Shown here piece by piece: positions 1-10,430 of a stretch of 64,000 bases of DNA; positions within the stretch are counted from its first letter, which is position 1, and every line of letters starts with the position of its first letter. Origin of the DNA: an uncultured Clostridia bacterium (GTDB lineage Bacteria; Bacillota; Clostridia; TANB77; CAG-508); NCBI GenBank assembly GCA_944386725.1, contig CALXCE010000001.1, positions 95,441-159,440 of the forward strand, in the 5' to 3' direction. Under the pieces are notes generated by a model, which saw only the letters and a list, made by a program, of their open reading frames with translations, searched no databases and had not been told where the DNA came from. Both the position numbers and the translations under genes were made by a program.

Positions 1-72
1 GTCCATTCTCTCTTTAATGGATTTTATATCTCCTTGCATATCTAAAAGAATATCTATAATTTTTTGTTCCAT
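1..72 (-). CDS. 5' part of a hypothetical protein running off the window (MEQKIIDILLDMQGDIKSIKERMD...)
   Basis: ATG at 70-72 preceded by GAAGGAGG; reading frame open to the window edge. Confidence 0.6.
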   Translation of the reverse strand, partial: MEQKIIDILLDMQGDIKSIKERMD

Positions 73-278
73 ATTATCCACCTCCTTCACTACAAATTTA
101 CGCAGAAAAAACTATTTGAATTAAATACCATTGTGTCATTGTTCTAAGTTGTTCGAAAAACATAACAAAATTGTTATAAAAAGATTTAAGATATAAAATA
201 TAATAAGATACAAATAGTATTGAATTTCATAGAATTAATACGTAAATATATAGTAGCACATTCCTCTATCAAATTCAA

Positions 279-983
279 TACTCTTTGAAAAACTTCCTTA
301 ACTTTTCATTGACTTTTTCCGACAATTATTTTATGTCATTTCTATTTCATATGCTATTTTAATTTATTTAGCATATCTCTATATTTTTCTAATTTAGCCT
401 TTTCTTCTTCAATTTTAGATTGTGGTGCTTTCTTTATAAAACCTGGATTCGATAGCATTTTTTCACATCTTGCTATTTCTTGTTCTAGTCTTGCTTTTTC
501 TTCTTCTTTCCTTTTTCTTTCTTCTTCTTTGTCTATTAATCCTTCTAATGGCATATATAACTCAATTCCATCCGTTATAATTTGGATGCTATCAGCTGGT
601 ATTCCAGTCTTATCCTTTTGAATTTTTGCTTTTTTTGCAAATCCAAATTTTAACAGCACTCCTTCTGCTTCTTTTAATTCCTTTTCATATTTCATGGTTA
701 CTAAAATCAAGTCTGATTTCTTAGTTGGATGAATATTTTTTGTGTTTCTAATATTTCTAATTTCTACGATAATTTCTTTTATTCTTTCTATTGTTTCTTC
801 TTGACTGTCATATGCAAGATTTTTAATTTTAGGCCAATCACTTATCATTATCCATTTGTCTGCTAATTTCAAAGAGTTTTTTTATAGGTCAACTTTTCTT
901 CATCATAATTATTTTTTCTAAATTCTATGATTTGTTTTTCATCTGGTCGATTCATAATGATAAATTTAGCTGCATTTCATATT
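279..983 (-). pseudogene. valS: Duplicated 3' end of valS plus downstream DNA, with an internal ~288-nt deletion
   Basis: 279-850 is nearly identical to 3730-4301; 850-983 matches 4589-4723 with several substitutions; ORF 354..872 repeats the ValRS C-terminus. Confidence 0.9.
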
Positions 984-1096
984 AGGAATTATTATATAGT
1001 TTTTTGCTATTTATGTCAATCTATTTTACTTTATTATATGAATATGGTATAATTTTAATCATAAATATTAGAAATTATTGAAAGGATAGATTAAAT

Positions 1097-1957
1097 ATGA
1101 TTGATTTACATGCACATACAACTGCTTCAGATGGCGAAAAAACTCCTGAAGAATTAATTGATTTAGCTTTAAATAAAAAACTTTCTGCTGTTGCCATTAC
1201 AGATCATGATACAGTTAATGGATTAAAATCAGCTTTTGAATATGCAAAAAATAAAAATATTATGTTTATACCAGGTATAGAATTAGAAGCTGATGTAGAT
1301 AAAGGACAAATGCATATTTTAGGCTTATTTATTGATTTTAAAAATAAAGAATTAAATGATTTATTAGAAAAAATTAAGCAAGGTAGAAAAAATAGAAATA
1401 ATCTTTTTATTAAAGAATTTAATAAAATGGGATTTGATATTACTCTAGAAGAATTGCAAAAAATAAGTGGTGGAAAATATGTTGGAAAGCCTCATTTTGC
1501 TAAAGTATTTCTACAAAAAAATTATATACACTCAAAAAGCGAAATTTTTGATAATTATTTTAATAAGCCTCCTCTAAATACTATTAAAAAAACTTCTTTT
1601 ACTGCTGAACAACTTATTAAAGTAATAAAAAGATCAAATGGTATTGCTATTCTTGCTCATCCACAATCATTAAAATTAAAAGATAATGATTTAGAAAATA
1701 AAATTAGAGAATTAATATCATATGGTTTGGACGGTCTTGAATGTTATCACTCTAATCAAACACCTGAACAAATGCTTAGATACAAAGCTTTAGCTAATAA
1801 ATTAAATTTAATAATCACAAAGGGAAGCGATTATCATGGATCTATTACGAAACCAGAGGTAGAACTTGCAATTGGAAAAAATGGAAATATAGTATCTGAT
1901 GAAGAAGGTGAAATATTAAAAAAACTTTTAAACTATAAAAAATTTACAATAAATTGA
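1097..1957 (+). CDS. PHP-domain phosphoesterase (YciV/TrpH-like)
   Basis: DLHAHTTASDG, AITDHD, HILG, LAHP, GSDYHG motifs. Confidence 0.9.
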   Translation: MIDLHAHTTASDGEKTPEELIDLALNKKLSAVAITDHDTVNGLKSAFEYAKNKNIMFIPGIELEADVDKGQMHILGLFIDFKNKELNDLLEKIKQGRKNRNNLFIKEFNKMGFDITLEELQKISGGKYVGKPHFAKVFLQKNYIHSKSEIFDNYFNKPPLNTIKKTSFTAEQLIKVIKRSNGIAILAHPQSLKLKDNDLENKIRELISYGLDGLECYHSNQTPEQMLRYKALANKLNLIITKGSDYHGSITKPEVELAIGKNGNIVSDEEGEILKKLLNYKKFTIN

Positions 1958-2034
1958 CTTTTTATGTAAAATTTATTAAAATATACTTATAAGCTGTTAC
2001 ATAATTATTATCTAACCAATTGGAGGTAATTACT

Positions 2035-2606
2035 ATGGCAACAATCATCGAAGTTCTTGGAAGTCCGGATGCAGGAAAAACTGTAGCACTCCAAACTATC
2101 TCAAATCGGTTAACACAAAAAGGTATTGCTAATGAGTTTATTATTGAAACTAGAGGAAAAAATCTTTTTCCTAAAAGTGAACGTGGCACTCTTTCTTACA
2201 ATGAAAAGATAGGAGGTATCACTTGCAAACGTATCCATGAAATTCTTAAGAACACATCTGCAGAAATCGTCCTCATAGACAAGGGATTTGTAGACTATCT
2301 ATATTTCACCAATTACTACTTGCAAAGTGGTAAATGTACTCAGGAAGAAGCTGATAAAGCTATGCATTTGTATGATTATCTAGGCTTAATGCCTGATAAA
2401 ATAGTTATTCTTACTTGCAATCCTGAAGTCGCAGCAATGCGGTGTGAAGATGCTCAAGAAACCCGTACGATTAAAGTTCAAAATAGCATTAACTCTCTTA
2501 TGACTTTTTTAGTAACTGGACTTTAACTCCAAAGTCTTGGATTGACACTTCATATATGAGTAAAAAGGAGGTTGTTATTGCTATAGAAGCAGCTATTGGC
2601 TTGTAA
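2035..2606 (+). pseudogene. Thymidylate-kinase-like P-loop protein, frameshifted in a T6 run near the C-terminus
   Basis: EVLGSPDAGKT P-loop and LIDKG...D; adding one T at 2505-2510 extends it to ...SWIDTSYMSKKEVVIAIEAAIGL*; GGAGG precedes the ATG at 2035. Confidence 0.6.
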
Positions 2607-2655
2607 GCCATTTTTAAAAAGAGGCAAGAATCATATATATTCTCGCCTCTTTTTA

Positions 2656-3561
2656 TTATCTCTCATTTTCTGAATTATATAATTGATTAGAATATTCTGT
2701 CGCAAAGTCTTGTTCTAATTCTACTAATCCTTGTAATGTATTTGATGTTAAAATTGGGTTTTGTCCATATTCTTCAATAATTTCTCTAGTCTTTTTTATT
2801 CTACTATAATAATCTGCTGGTCTCATAAATAGTTTATCTCTTTGCTTTTTTCTTTCTACATTGATAGCTTCTTGAAAATCTCTATACCTTGCATCCCCTG
2901 TTTTATAAACTAAATTAGGTGGTTGGGTTATATTTTTTCCTCTTGTATATACATTTATTTGATTTACTAATCCTAATTCTTGTAGATTTCTTACTTCTCT
3001 AATAAATGAATTATACATTCTAAACTGAGTCTCCTTTGAACAGCCTCTAGGTGTTAAACCTAATTGTAATACAGTTGCTTCTCTTTCATAGCAAGATAAT
3101 CTACTTTCAAACAAATCTGTTGCCATTACATTAATAGATATTTTATATCCAGCATCCTTAAATTTTTTTGCCTGCTCTATATCTGAACTCCCATGATCTA
3201 ATGTATTTTCATTTATAATTGATATCCTTTGATTCATTAATTCTTTAAATATTCTTGGAGTTGCTGGTCTAACAAATTGTCTTGTTATTCTATAACATTC
3301 TTCTGGTAATTCTTCTAAGGCTTCATCATAATTTGGGTGAAATTCAGCAATTTTATCTGAGTTAATTATAAATGCATTTATGTCTTTTTTTGTTAATTCT
3401 TGCTTTATATGTCTCTCTATTGATGTTTTTCCTACGCCTGGTCCTGCTGTTATATAAATTAATTCTGGATTATCACATACATTAGATGTAGCATAAGCTT
3501 CTGTTAATATTCTTTTTATTCCTATACTTATATCATTTGGTGTTAAATCATATCTTCCCAT
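2656..3561 (-). CDS. Zeta toxin (PezT-like) P-loop kinase
   Basis: AGPGVGKT, INSDKIAEFHPNY, IINENTL, GYKISINVMAT resemble the zeta toxin family. Confidence 0.75.
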   Translation of the reverse strand: MGRYDLTPNDISIGIKRILTEAYATSNVCDNPELIYITAGPGVGKTSIERHIKQELTKKDINAFIINSDKIAEFHPNYDEALEELPEECYRITRQFVRPATPRIFKELMNQRISIINENTLDHGSSDIEQAKKFKDAGYKISINVMATDLFESRLSCYEREATVLQLGLTPRGCSKETQFRMYNSFIREVRNLQELGLVNQINVYTRGKNITQPPNLVYKTGDARYRDFQEAINVERKKQRDKLFMRPADYYSRIKKTREIIEEYGQNPILTSNTLQGLVELEQDFATEYSNQLYNSENER

Positions 3562-3563
3562 AT

Positions 3564-3728
3564 TTATTCTCCTCTTTTTATTTCTTGTAAATAAACATTA
3601 TATACTTTATTTATAGCATCTTCATCTAATTGGTATATTCTATCCCTTTCATTAGTTAATTTTTTTAGTTGTTCTAGAAATTCTTTTTTATCTTTTCCAT
3701 TATACTTTTTTATGTATTGTTTATGACA
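3564..3728 (-). pseudogene. 5'-truncated ORF directly upstream of the zeta toxin (possible antitoxin remnant)
   Basis: Open frame ...HKQYIKKYNGKDKKEFLEQLKKLTNERDRIYQLDEDAINKVYNVYLQEIKRGE* stops 2 nt before the toxin ATG; cut at the repeat junction at 3730. Confidence 0.45.
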
Positions 3729-3804
3729 CTACTCTTTGAAAAACTTTCTTAACTTTTCATTGACTTTTTCCGACAATTATTTTATGTCATTTCTATTTCA
3801 TATG

Positions 3805-6450
3805 CTATTTTAATTTATTTAGCATATCTCTATATTTTTCTAATTTAGCCTTTTCTTCTTCAATTTTAGATTGTGGTGCTTTCTTTATAAAACCTGGATT
3901 CGATAGCATTTTTTCACATCTTGCTATTTCTTGTTCTAGTCTTGCTTTTTCTTCTTCTTTCCTTTTTCTTTCTTCTTCTTTGTCTATTAATCCTTCTAAT
4001 GGCATATATAACTCAATTCCATCCGTTATAATTTGGATGCTATCAGCTGGTATTCCAGTCTTATCCTTTTGAATTTTTGCTTTTTTTGCAAATCCAAATT
4101 TTAACAGCACTCCTTCTGCTTCTTTTAATTCCTTTTCATATTTCATGGTTACTAAAATCAAGTCTGATTTCTTAGTTGGATGAATATTTTTTGTGTTTCT
4201 AATATTTCTAATTTCTACGATAATTTCTTTTATTCTTTCTATTGTTTCTTCTTGACTGTCATATGCAAGATTTTTAATTTTAGGCCAATCACTTATCATT
4301 AATTCTTTTTTATCATAGGTTACTAGTTCAGCATATATTTCGGATGTGACAAATGGCATAAAAGGATGTAATAATTTTAAGCAATTTCTAAACACTTCAT
4401 TCAAAACATAGGATACTTGCACTTTTTCATTATTATCTCCTCCATATAATCTTACTTTTGCCATTTCTATATACCAATCGCAAAATTCATTCCACATAAA
4501 ATTATAAATCTTGTCAATGGCAACTCCTAAATCATAGTTTTCTATATTGTTAGTAACTTCTAAAATTAATTTATTTAATTTATTCAAAATCCATTTGTCT
4601 GCTAATTTCAAAGAGTTTTCTTTATAGGTTAATTTTTCTTCATCATAATTATTTTTTCTAAATTCTATGATTTGCTTTTCATCTGGTCGATTCATTATAA
4701 TAAATTTAGCTGCATTCCATATTTTGTTAGCAAAATTTGATGCCTGTTCTAACTTTTCCGGCATATATCTTATATCGTTTCCCATAGTAGTACCTGATAA
4801 CACGGAAAACCTTAAAGCGTCTGCACCATATTGGTTTATTACTTCAATTGGATCAACACCATTTCCTAATGTTTTTGACATTTTTCTTCCTTGACTGTCT
4901 CTTACAATTCCATGTATTAGAATGTTACTAAATGGCTTTTCTTTCATAACTTCTAGTCCTGAAAATATCATTCTTGCTACCCAGAAAAATATAATATCAT
5001 AGGCTGTTACTAATACGTTAGTTGGATAAAAGGTTTTTAAATCTTCTGCTTCTTTATTGGGCCAACCAAGTGTTGAGAAAGGCCATAAAGCAGAACTAAA
5101 CCAAGTATCTAGCGTGTCTGAATCTTGTTGTAATTTGTTAGAACCACATTTTTCACAGGTTATTGGTTTTGTTTTTGCTACATGCATGTAGCCACATTCT
5201 TCGCAATAGTATGCTGGTATTTGATGTCCCCACCATAATTGCCTTGAAATACACCAGTCTTGGATATTCTCCATCCAGTTAAAATAAGTCTTTTCATATC
5301 TTTTTGGAATGAATTTTATTTCGTCATTTTTTACTGCTTGAATAGCTGGCTCTGCTAGTTCTTTCATTTTTACAAACCATTGCTCTGAAATTTTAGGCTC
5401 AATCGTATTTTTACATCTTTCACATTTTCCAACATTATGGGTATATTCTTCTTCTTTTACTAATGCCCCTATTTCTTTTAGTTTTTCTACAATTTTTTGT
5501 CTGGCTTCTAGTAGTTCCATTCCCTTATATTCTGGTACTAGATTTCCCATTTTAAAATTTTCGTCAAATACTTCTATAATTTCTAAATTATGTCTTAATC
5601 CTGCTTGATAATCGTTCATATCATGGGCAGGAGTAATTTTAACAGCTCCTGTCCCAAATTCTTTTTCTACAAAAGAATCTGCTATAATTGGTATTTCTTT
5701 ATTCATGATTGGTAAAATACATTTTTTCCCTAATAAGTCTTTGTATCTTTCGTCTTCTGGGTGAACAGCTACTGCTGTATCGCCAAGCATGGTTTCTGGT
5801 CTTGTTGTTGCTACAATAATGTATTTATTTTCTCCTTTTACTTGGTAACGAATATGCCATAGATGAGAGGCTTCTTCGTGATATTCTACTTCAGCATCAG
5901 ATATAGAGGTGTTACAGTTGGTACACCAATTTACCATTCTTTTTCCTTTATAAATTAGTCCTTTGTTATATAAGTTTACAAATTGCTCTAAAACAGCATC
6001 TGACAAGCCTTCATCTAAAGTAAATCTTCTTCTTTCCCAATCACAAGAACATCCTAGTTTTCTTTGTTGTTCTTGGATGGTACCTCCATAAAGGTGTGTC
6101 CATTCCCATGCTTCTTCAATAAATTTTTCTCTCCCTAAATCGTACTTTGTTTTTCCTTCTGATTTTAATTTTTGTACTATTTTCATTTCGGTGGAGATAG
6201 ATGAATGATCCGTCCCTGGCAACCATAGGGTATTGTATCCTTGCATTCTTTTAAAACGAATTAAAATGTCTTGGATGGTATCATCTAGTGCATGCCCCAT
6301 GTGCAATTTTCCTGTTACATTTGGTGGGGGCATCATAATACAATAACTTTCTTTGCTTTTGTCCATACTTGGCTTAAAGTATCCTTTTTCCTCCCAGTGT
6401 TTGTATAATTTTTCTTCAAATGTGTTTGGGTTGTATTTTTCTTTTAACAT
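3805..6450 (-). CDS. valS: Valine--tRNA ligase
   Basis: PPPNVTGKLHMGH, DWCISRQLWWGH, KMSKT; ATG at 6450 after AAGGAGG. Confidence 0.98.
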   Translation of the reverse strand: MLKEKYNPNTFEEKLYKHWEEKGYFKPSMDKSKESYCIMMPPPNVTGKLHMGHALDDTIQDILIRFKRMQGYNTLWLPGTDHSSISTEMKIVQKLKSEGKTKYDLGREKFIEEAWEWTHLYGGTIQEQQRKLGCSCDWERRRFTLDEGLSDAVLEQFVNLYNKGLIYKGKRMVNWCTNCNTSISDAEVEYHEEASHLWHIRYQVKGENKYIIVATTRPETMLGDTAVAVHPEDERYKDLLGKKCILPIMNKEIPIIADSFVEKEFGTGAVKITPAHDMNDYQAGLRHNLEIIEVFDENFKMGNLVPEYKGMELLEARQKIVEKLKEIGALVKEEEYTHNVGKCERCKNTIEPKISEQWFVKMKELAEPAIQAVKNDEIKFIPKRYEKTYFNWMENIQDWCISRQLWWGHQIPAYYCEECGYMHVAKTKPITCEKCGSNKLQQDSDTLDTWFSSALWPFSTLGWPNKEAEDLKTFYPTNVLVTAYDIIFFWVARMIFSGLEVMKEKPFSNILIHGIVRDSQGRKMSKTLGNGVDPIEVINQYGADALRFSVLSGTTMGNDIRYMPEKLEQASNFANKIWNAAKFIIMNRPDEKQIIEFRKNNYDEEKLTYKENSLKLADKWILNKLNKLILEVTNNIENYDLGVAIDKIYNFMWNEFCDWYIEMAKVRLYGGDNNEKVQVSYVLNEVFRNCLKLLHPFMPFVTSEIYAELVTYDKKELMISDWPKIKNLAYDSQEETIERIKEIIVEIRNIRNTKNIHPTKKSDLILVTMKYEKELKEAEGVLLKFGFAKKAKIQKDKTGIPADSIQIITDGIELYMPLEGLIDKEEERKRKEEEKARLEQEIARCEKMLSNPGFIKKAPQSKIEEEKAKLEKYRDMLNKLK

Positions 6451-6487
6451 AAACTTTTCCTCCTTCTTTAGCTCCTTACCATTGATA

Positions 6488-6735
6488 AAAAAAATCAAAA
6501 CTCGCCCTATGTATAAGGGCGAGTTTTATTTCTCACGGTACCACCTTAATTATAATCTTTTTTGATTACATCTTAGTTAGCTGTTAACGTGGCTTAAACG
6601 GATATTCCTATTCTAAGTTTCTCAGAATATCAACTAAAAAAGCTACTTTCCATTTATCTTTTTCTTAAGAAGCTTTCAGCCTATGACTTCTTTTCTCTAA
6701 AAGTTAAGTGTAAATGTACTTCTCTTTTTTATTGT
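6488..6735 (-). promoter_or_regulatory. T-box riboswitch (Val specifier) with terminator
   Basis: AAGGTGGTACCGTG T-box, AAAACTCGCCCT/AGGGCGAGTTTT hairpin plus U-run, GGCTGAAAG loop, GAAA-GTA-GC specifier upstream of valS. Confidence 0.9.
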
Positions 6736-6787
6736 TTTTTTCTATGCTTCATATTATGACATATTTTTTATAAAATTGCAAGACTTT

Positions 6788-7933
6788 TTAATCACCTAAG
6801 TTAATTCCTATATTTCTTGCTGTTTTTACTAGGTCATCCTCCATACTAACTTTTCTTAAATTGCTTTCCTCTGTATTTCCAGAAACAGCACCTATTTTCT
6901 TGTTATTTCCAACAACATCTTCTAGTGAAACAAAATCTAACTTTCCATTTTTAATAACTACCAGAGTTCCAAATTTTCCTTCTAATGCAAGTTCCATTGC
7001 TTTTGATCCATATTTTGTAGAAAGCACTCTATCATAAGCGGTTGGCGTTCCCCCTCTTTGCATATATCCTAATGTTGTGTTTCTTGCTTCTAAACCTGTT
7101 ATTTCTTGTAGTTGTTGTGCGATTATTTGTCCAACTCCACCTAATTTTGTATTGTCTACACCTGTTCCATTGTCTCTTGTTTCGATAATCGTTATGTCTC
7201 CGCCTTTTGGTTTTGCTCCTTCTGCTACTACTACCACACTAAAATTCTTTCCTCTTTTTCTTCTATTATTAATTTTTTCAGCTACTCTATTAATGTCATA
7301 TGGAATTTCTGGTATCAATGCTATATCAGCTCCTCCAGCTATGGCTGATTCTAATGCAATCCAACCTGCATATCTTCCCATTACTTCTAATACCATAATT
7401 CTATGATGTGTTTCACCTGTTGTGTGTAATCTATCTAAAGCCTCCATAGATACTGATACTGCTGTATTATACCCAAAAGTAATTTCTGTACAAGCCACAT
7501 CGTTATCGATTGTTTTTGGTACCCCTATTACTCTAACACCTTTTGTTGAAAAATCCCTTGCTGATTTTTGTGTTCCATCTCCACCAAGTGTGAAAATACA
7601 GTCAAATCCAAATTCCTTGATATTTTCTATTGCTTTATCTGACATATCTTTATATTCTATACTACCATCTTCATTTACTACTTTGTAATTAAAGAGATTA
7701 GCATTTGTTGATGAACCAATAATAGAACCACCTTTGGGTAAGATTCCCATTGCTTCTCCTTCTGCTGCCGTACTCAATATCTCAAAATCTTTTTTTAGTA
7801 ATCCATTGTATCCATCTATAATTCCATAGCATTCAACACCATGGTTTTCTGCTGTTTTTACAATAGCTCTTATAACTGCGTTAAATCCTGATACATCTCC
7901 TCCATTTGCTAATATTCCTACTTTTTTTAACAT
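6788..7933 (-). CDS. pfkA: 6-phosphofructokinase (PfkA group III; GGDGT motif)
   Basis: GGDVSGFNAVIRA, PKTIDND, EVMGRYAGW, LGYMQRGG. Confidence 0.92.
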   Translation of the reverse strand: MLKKVGILANGGDVSGFNAVIRAIVKTAENHGVECYGIIDGYNGLLKKDFEILSTAAEGEAMGILPKGGSIIGSSTNANLFNYKVVNEDGSIEYKDMSDKAIENIKEFGFDCIFTLGGDGTQKSARDFSTKGVRVIGVPKTIDNDVACTEITFGYNTAVSVSMEALDRLHTTGETHHRIMVLEVMGRYAGWIALESAIAGGADIALIPEIPYDINRVAEKINNRRKRGKNFSVVVVAEGAKPKGGDITIIETRDNGTGVDNTKLGGVGQIIAQQLQEITGLEARNTTLGYMQRGGTPTAYDRVLSTKYGSKAMELALEGKFGTLVVIKNGKLDFVSLEDVVGNNKKIGAVSGNTEESNLRKVSMEDDLVKTARNIGINLGD

Positions 7934-8059
7934 TTCAAAAATCCTCCTTATATGTGTTGTCCTTTTTCTTTTATTATATCAATAATATTTTTTTTTACAA
8001 CAGTTTTGGAAAATTTTTTATTTATATTTATAGTAATATTATTGTTTCTATTCTCTATG

Positions 8060-8965
8060 TTATTGTCTCCAATTTATGGTAGCTGAACAACCACCGTTCC
8101 AACCACTATCCCATCCGGAAGGTGCACTTGAATATCCTTGTATATTTATGGTTTGAGATGATGTCCATCCAGTAAATACACTATCACCCATATTTATTAC
8201 ACTATTTGGTATTGTTATACTACTTAAATTTGTACATCCAGAAAACGCTCCTTGTGCTATACTTGTTACACTACTTGGAATTGTAACTTCTTCTAATTGT
8301 CTAAAAGAAGTATTAGAAGGATGACCAAATGCATCTTGTCCTATTGAAGTTACTGTTCCTGGAATTTCTACCTTTAATATATTATTCGTAAATGCTCTTG
8401 ACCTAAATGAATCTATTCCAACTTCATTACTTAAATATGGTGAAAATGTAATTTCTGTACATCTACTTGGATATCTTAATTTTGTATAATTTTCTATTTT
8501 AGCTGTATACCCTATAATTGTTCCATATCCTTCATCACTAGGATTATCACTTGCCCAATAAAAACAATCTTCATCTGATGCTGTTTTATCCCATTCACCA
8601 GAATTAAAAATTGTGCCATCTTCTAATATCTTTATCTCTTCTCCATTTACTGTTACCGTTAATGGAAAGCTTCCTTCTGTAATTGAGTCTGGCACTCCTG
8701 CCATTCCTTCTATATTTTGTAAATTTTTTGTTAATTCACTATAATTTAATTTTCCATCCTTTCCATAACTTCCTAAAAATGCTAATTTTACTTGTTCTTC
8801 TAGATTTGCATGATTAGTTTCTGTTTTTGCTTTTTCTGCCTGTGTTAAAATCCCATTCTCTCCTGTTAAAGTAACGATTGATACTCCTGCAAGTATTAGC
8901 AAGACAATTATGGTTATTACCAATGCAATTAATGTAATACCCTTATTTTTTCTTGATTGTTTCAT
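8060..8965 (-). CDS. Type IV pilin-like N-terminus fused to BspA-type leucine-rich repeats
   Basis: KG|ITLIALVITIIVLLILAGVSI prepilin-like helix; IPGTVTSIGQDAF, IPSSVTSIAQGAFSGCTNLSSITIPNSV repeats. Confidence 0.8.
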   Translation of the reverse strand: MKQSRKNKGITLIALVITIIVLLILAGVSIVTLTGENGILTQAEKAKTETNHANLEEQVKLAFLGSYGKDGKLNYSELTKNLQNIEGMAGVPDSITEGSFPLTVTVNGEEIKILEDGTIFNSGEWDKTASDEDCFYWASDNPSDEGYGTIIGYTAKIENYTKLRYPSRCTEITFSPYLSNEVGIDSFRSRAFTNNILKVEIPGTVTSIGQDAFGHPSNTSFRQLEEVTIPSSVTSIAQGAFSGCTNLSSITIPNSVINMGDSVFTGWTSSQTINIQGYSSAPSGWDSGWNGGCSATINWRQ

Positions 8966-9105
8966 AATTTATTTCCCTCTTTCGTTTTAATTATTACCAT
9001 TTTTGCAAAGCGGTATTCTTTATTACTTACATTTTAACCAAACATGACATTAAATGTCAATATAAAAAGTAAAAATTTTATATATAAGGTGTTTATTTGT
9101 CCTTT

Positions 9106-9756
9106 TTATTTTGTTGCTATATGTATATTTTCTATCTTGCTATTTAATTCTCTTGAGATAATATTTTGAATTTGTGCTACCTGATCTTGTTGTAACTCCT
9201 CTGCTTCTATGATAACACTTATACTTTCCCCATTGACAAAAATAATACTATTTTCAAAGCCTTTTGTTTTAATTAGATTCTCACATATCATGATACTATT
9301 TTTCGTTTGGTTTATTTTTTGTATTTCTTCTGTTGCTGATTGTTTTTGCGTTTCTAATGAATTTGTACTATTTAACACTTTTTCATAAGTTTCTATCATT
9401 TGGGAATACATCGTATCTCTTTCTAATTTAGATTTCACAAAATAGTCATTAGTATTATTGCTACTAGTTTGTGTTGTTGTATTTTCATCTGTTATTTCAT
9501 TATTTGAAGTAACATTATTTAAGCTATTGGCTTCGCCTATATTATTAGTGCTATTTTCTGTTACCACATCATTACTACTAACTAAAGTAGCATCTCCAAT
9601 ATCAGCCAATTGCATATCATCATTTGACTCCATCTGCATAGAAGTTTCTATAGATGCTTGTTTTTCCGTATTGGTTGTATAATTTAAGTAGCCTGCTGTC
9701 ATTAGCATTAATGCAATTGCATAAATAATAATTTGATTTTTCTTAAATAATTTCAT
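9106..9756 (-). CDS. spoIIIAH: Stage III sporulation protein AH
   Basis: KKNQIII..AGYLNY, YFVKSKLERD, ENLIKTKGF; last gene of the spoIIIA operon. Confidence 0.9.
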   Translation of the reverse strand: MKLFKKNQIIIYAIALMLMTAGYLNYTTNTEKQASIETSMQMESNDDMQLADIGDATLVSSNDVVTENSTNNIGEANSLNNVTSNNEITDENTTTQTSSNNTNDYFVKSKLERDTMYSQMIETYEKVLNSTNSLETQKQSATEEIQKINQTKNSIMICENLIKTKGFENSIIFVNGESISVIIEAEELQQDQVAQIQNIISRELNSKIENIHIATK

Positions 9757-9803
9757 TTTAAATTCCTCCCTTTGGTATTTTTTGACCCTATCTCCAAAAA
9801 ATA

Positions 9804-10430
9804 TCAATCCATTTCAAACACTTGTATTTTATGAGTTGCCAAACCCGTCACAGCCTCTACTGCTTGAATGATATTGGCTTTTGTTTCTGCGTTTTCAACT
9901 CCTTTGGCTGTTATAATAGCACCTTCTACTTTTGGTTGAATAACTTTTTGTGTAATTGGTGTTTTTTCTCCATTATTTTCTTGATAGATAATCTCTTTTT
10001 GCGAATCGGTTTCTTGTATGGTTCTAGTTCCTCCTGATGTATCACTTTCTTCTGTGTTACTGGTTTTACTTGTTTCATTATACATAGCTACTACTTCACT
10101 GGATTCTGAATAATTGATAAATACTTTAACGTCTCCTACTCCTTGTATTTTTGAAAGAATAGCTTCTAATTGATTTGATAAATTATCTGTTGCTGTACTA
10201 CTATTTGTCTCTACAATAGCATTCCTATTGGCTAATTGTTTTGAGCTTGTGTTATTGTCTTGCTTGGTAGTTTGACTATTTCCATTCCAAATTAAGTTAA
10301 TAATGACAATTGTTATAATGAGCAATACCACAAAAAAAACTAAATTTTCAATTTTCTTTTTGTTGTTTCCTCCTTGTTCGCTTTCTTCTTTATTATTTTT
10401 TATGAATTGTTTTAATTTATCTCTAAACAT
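9804..10430 (-). CDS. spoIIIAG: Stage III sporulation protein AG
   Basis: LEAILSKIQGVGDVKV, PKVEGAIITAKG, HKIQV. Confidence 0.92.
   Translation of the reverse strand: MFRDKLKQFIKNNKEESEQGGNNKKKIENLVFFVVLLIITIVIINLIWNGNSQTTKQDNNTSSKQLANRNAIVETNSSTATDNLSNQLEAILSKIQGVGDVKVFINYSESSEVVAMYNETSKTSNTEESDTSGGTRTIQETDSQKEIIYQENNGEKTPITQKVIQPKVEGAIITAKGVENAETKANIIQAVEAVTGLATHKIQVFEMD

Noticed and set aside
354-872. Independent functional 172-aa gene
   Set aside because: It is a deleted duplicate of the valS 3' end with no SD-supported start.
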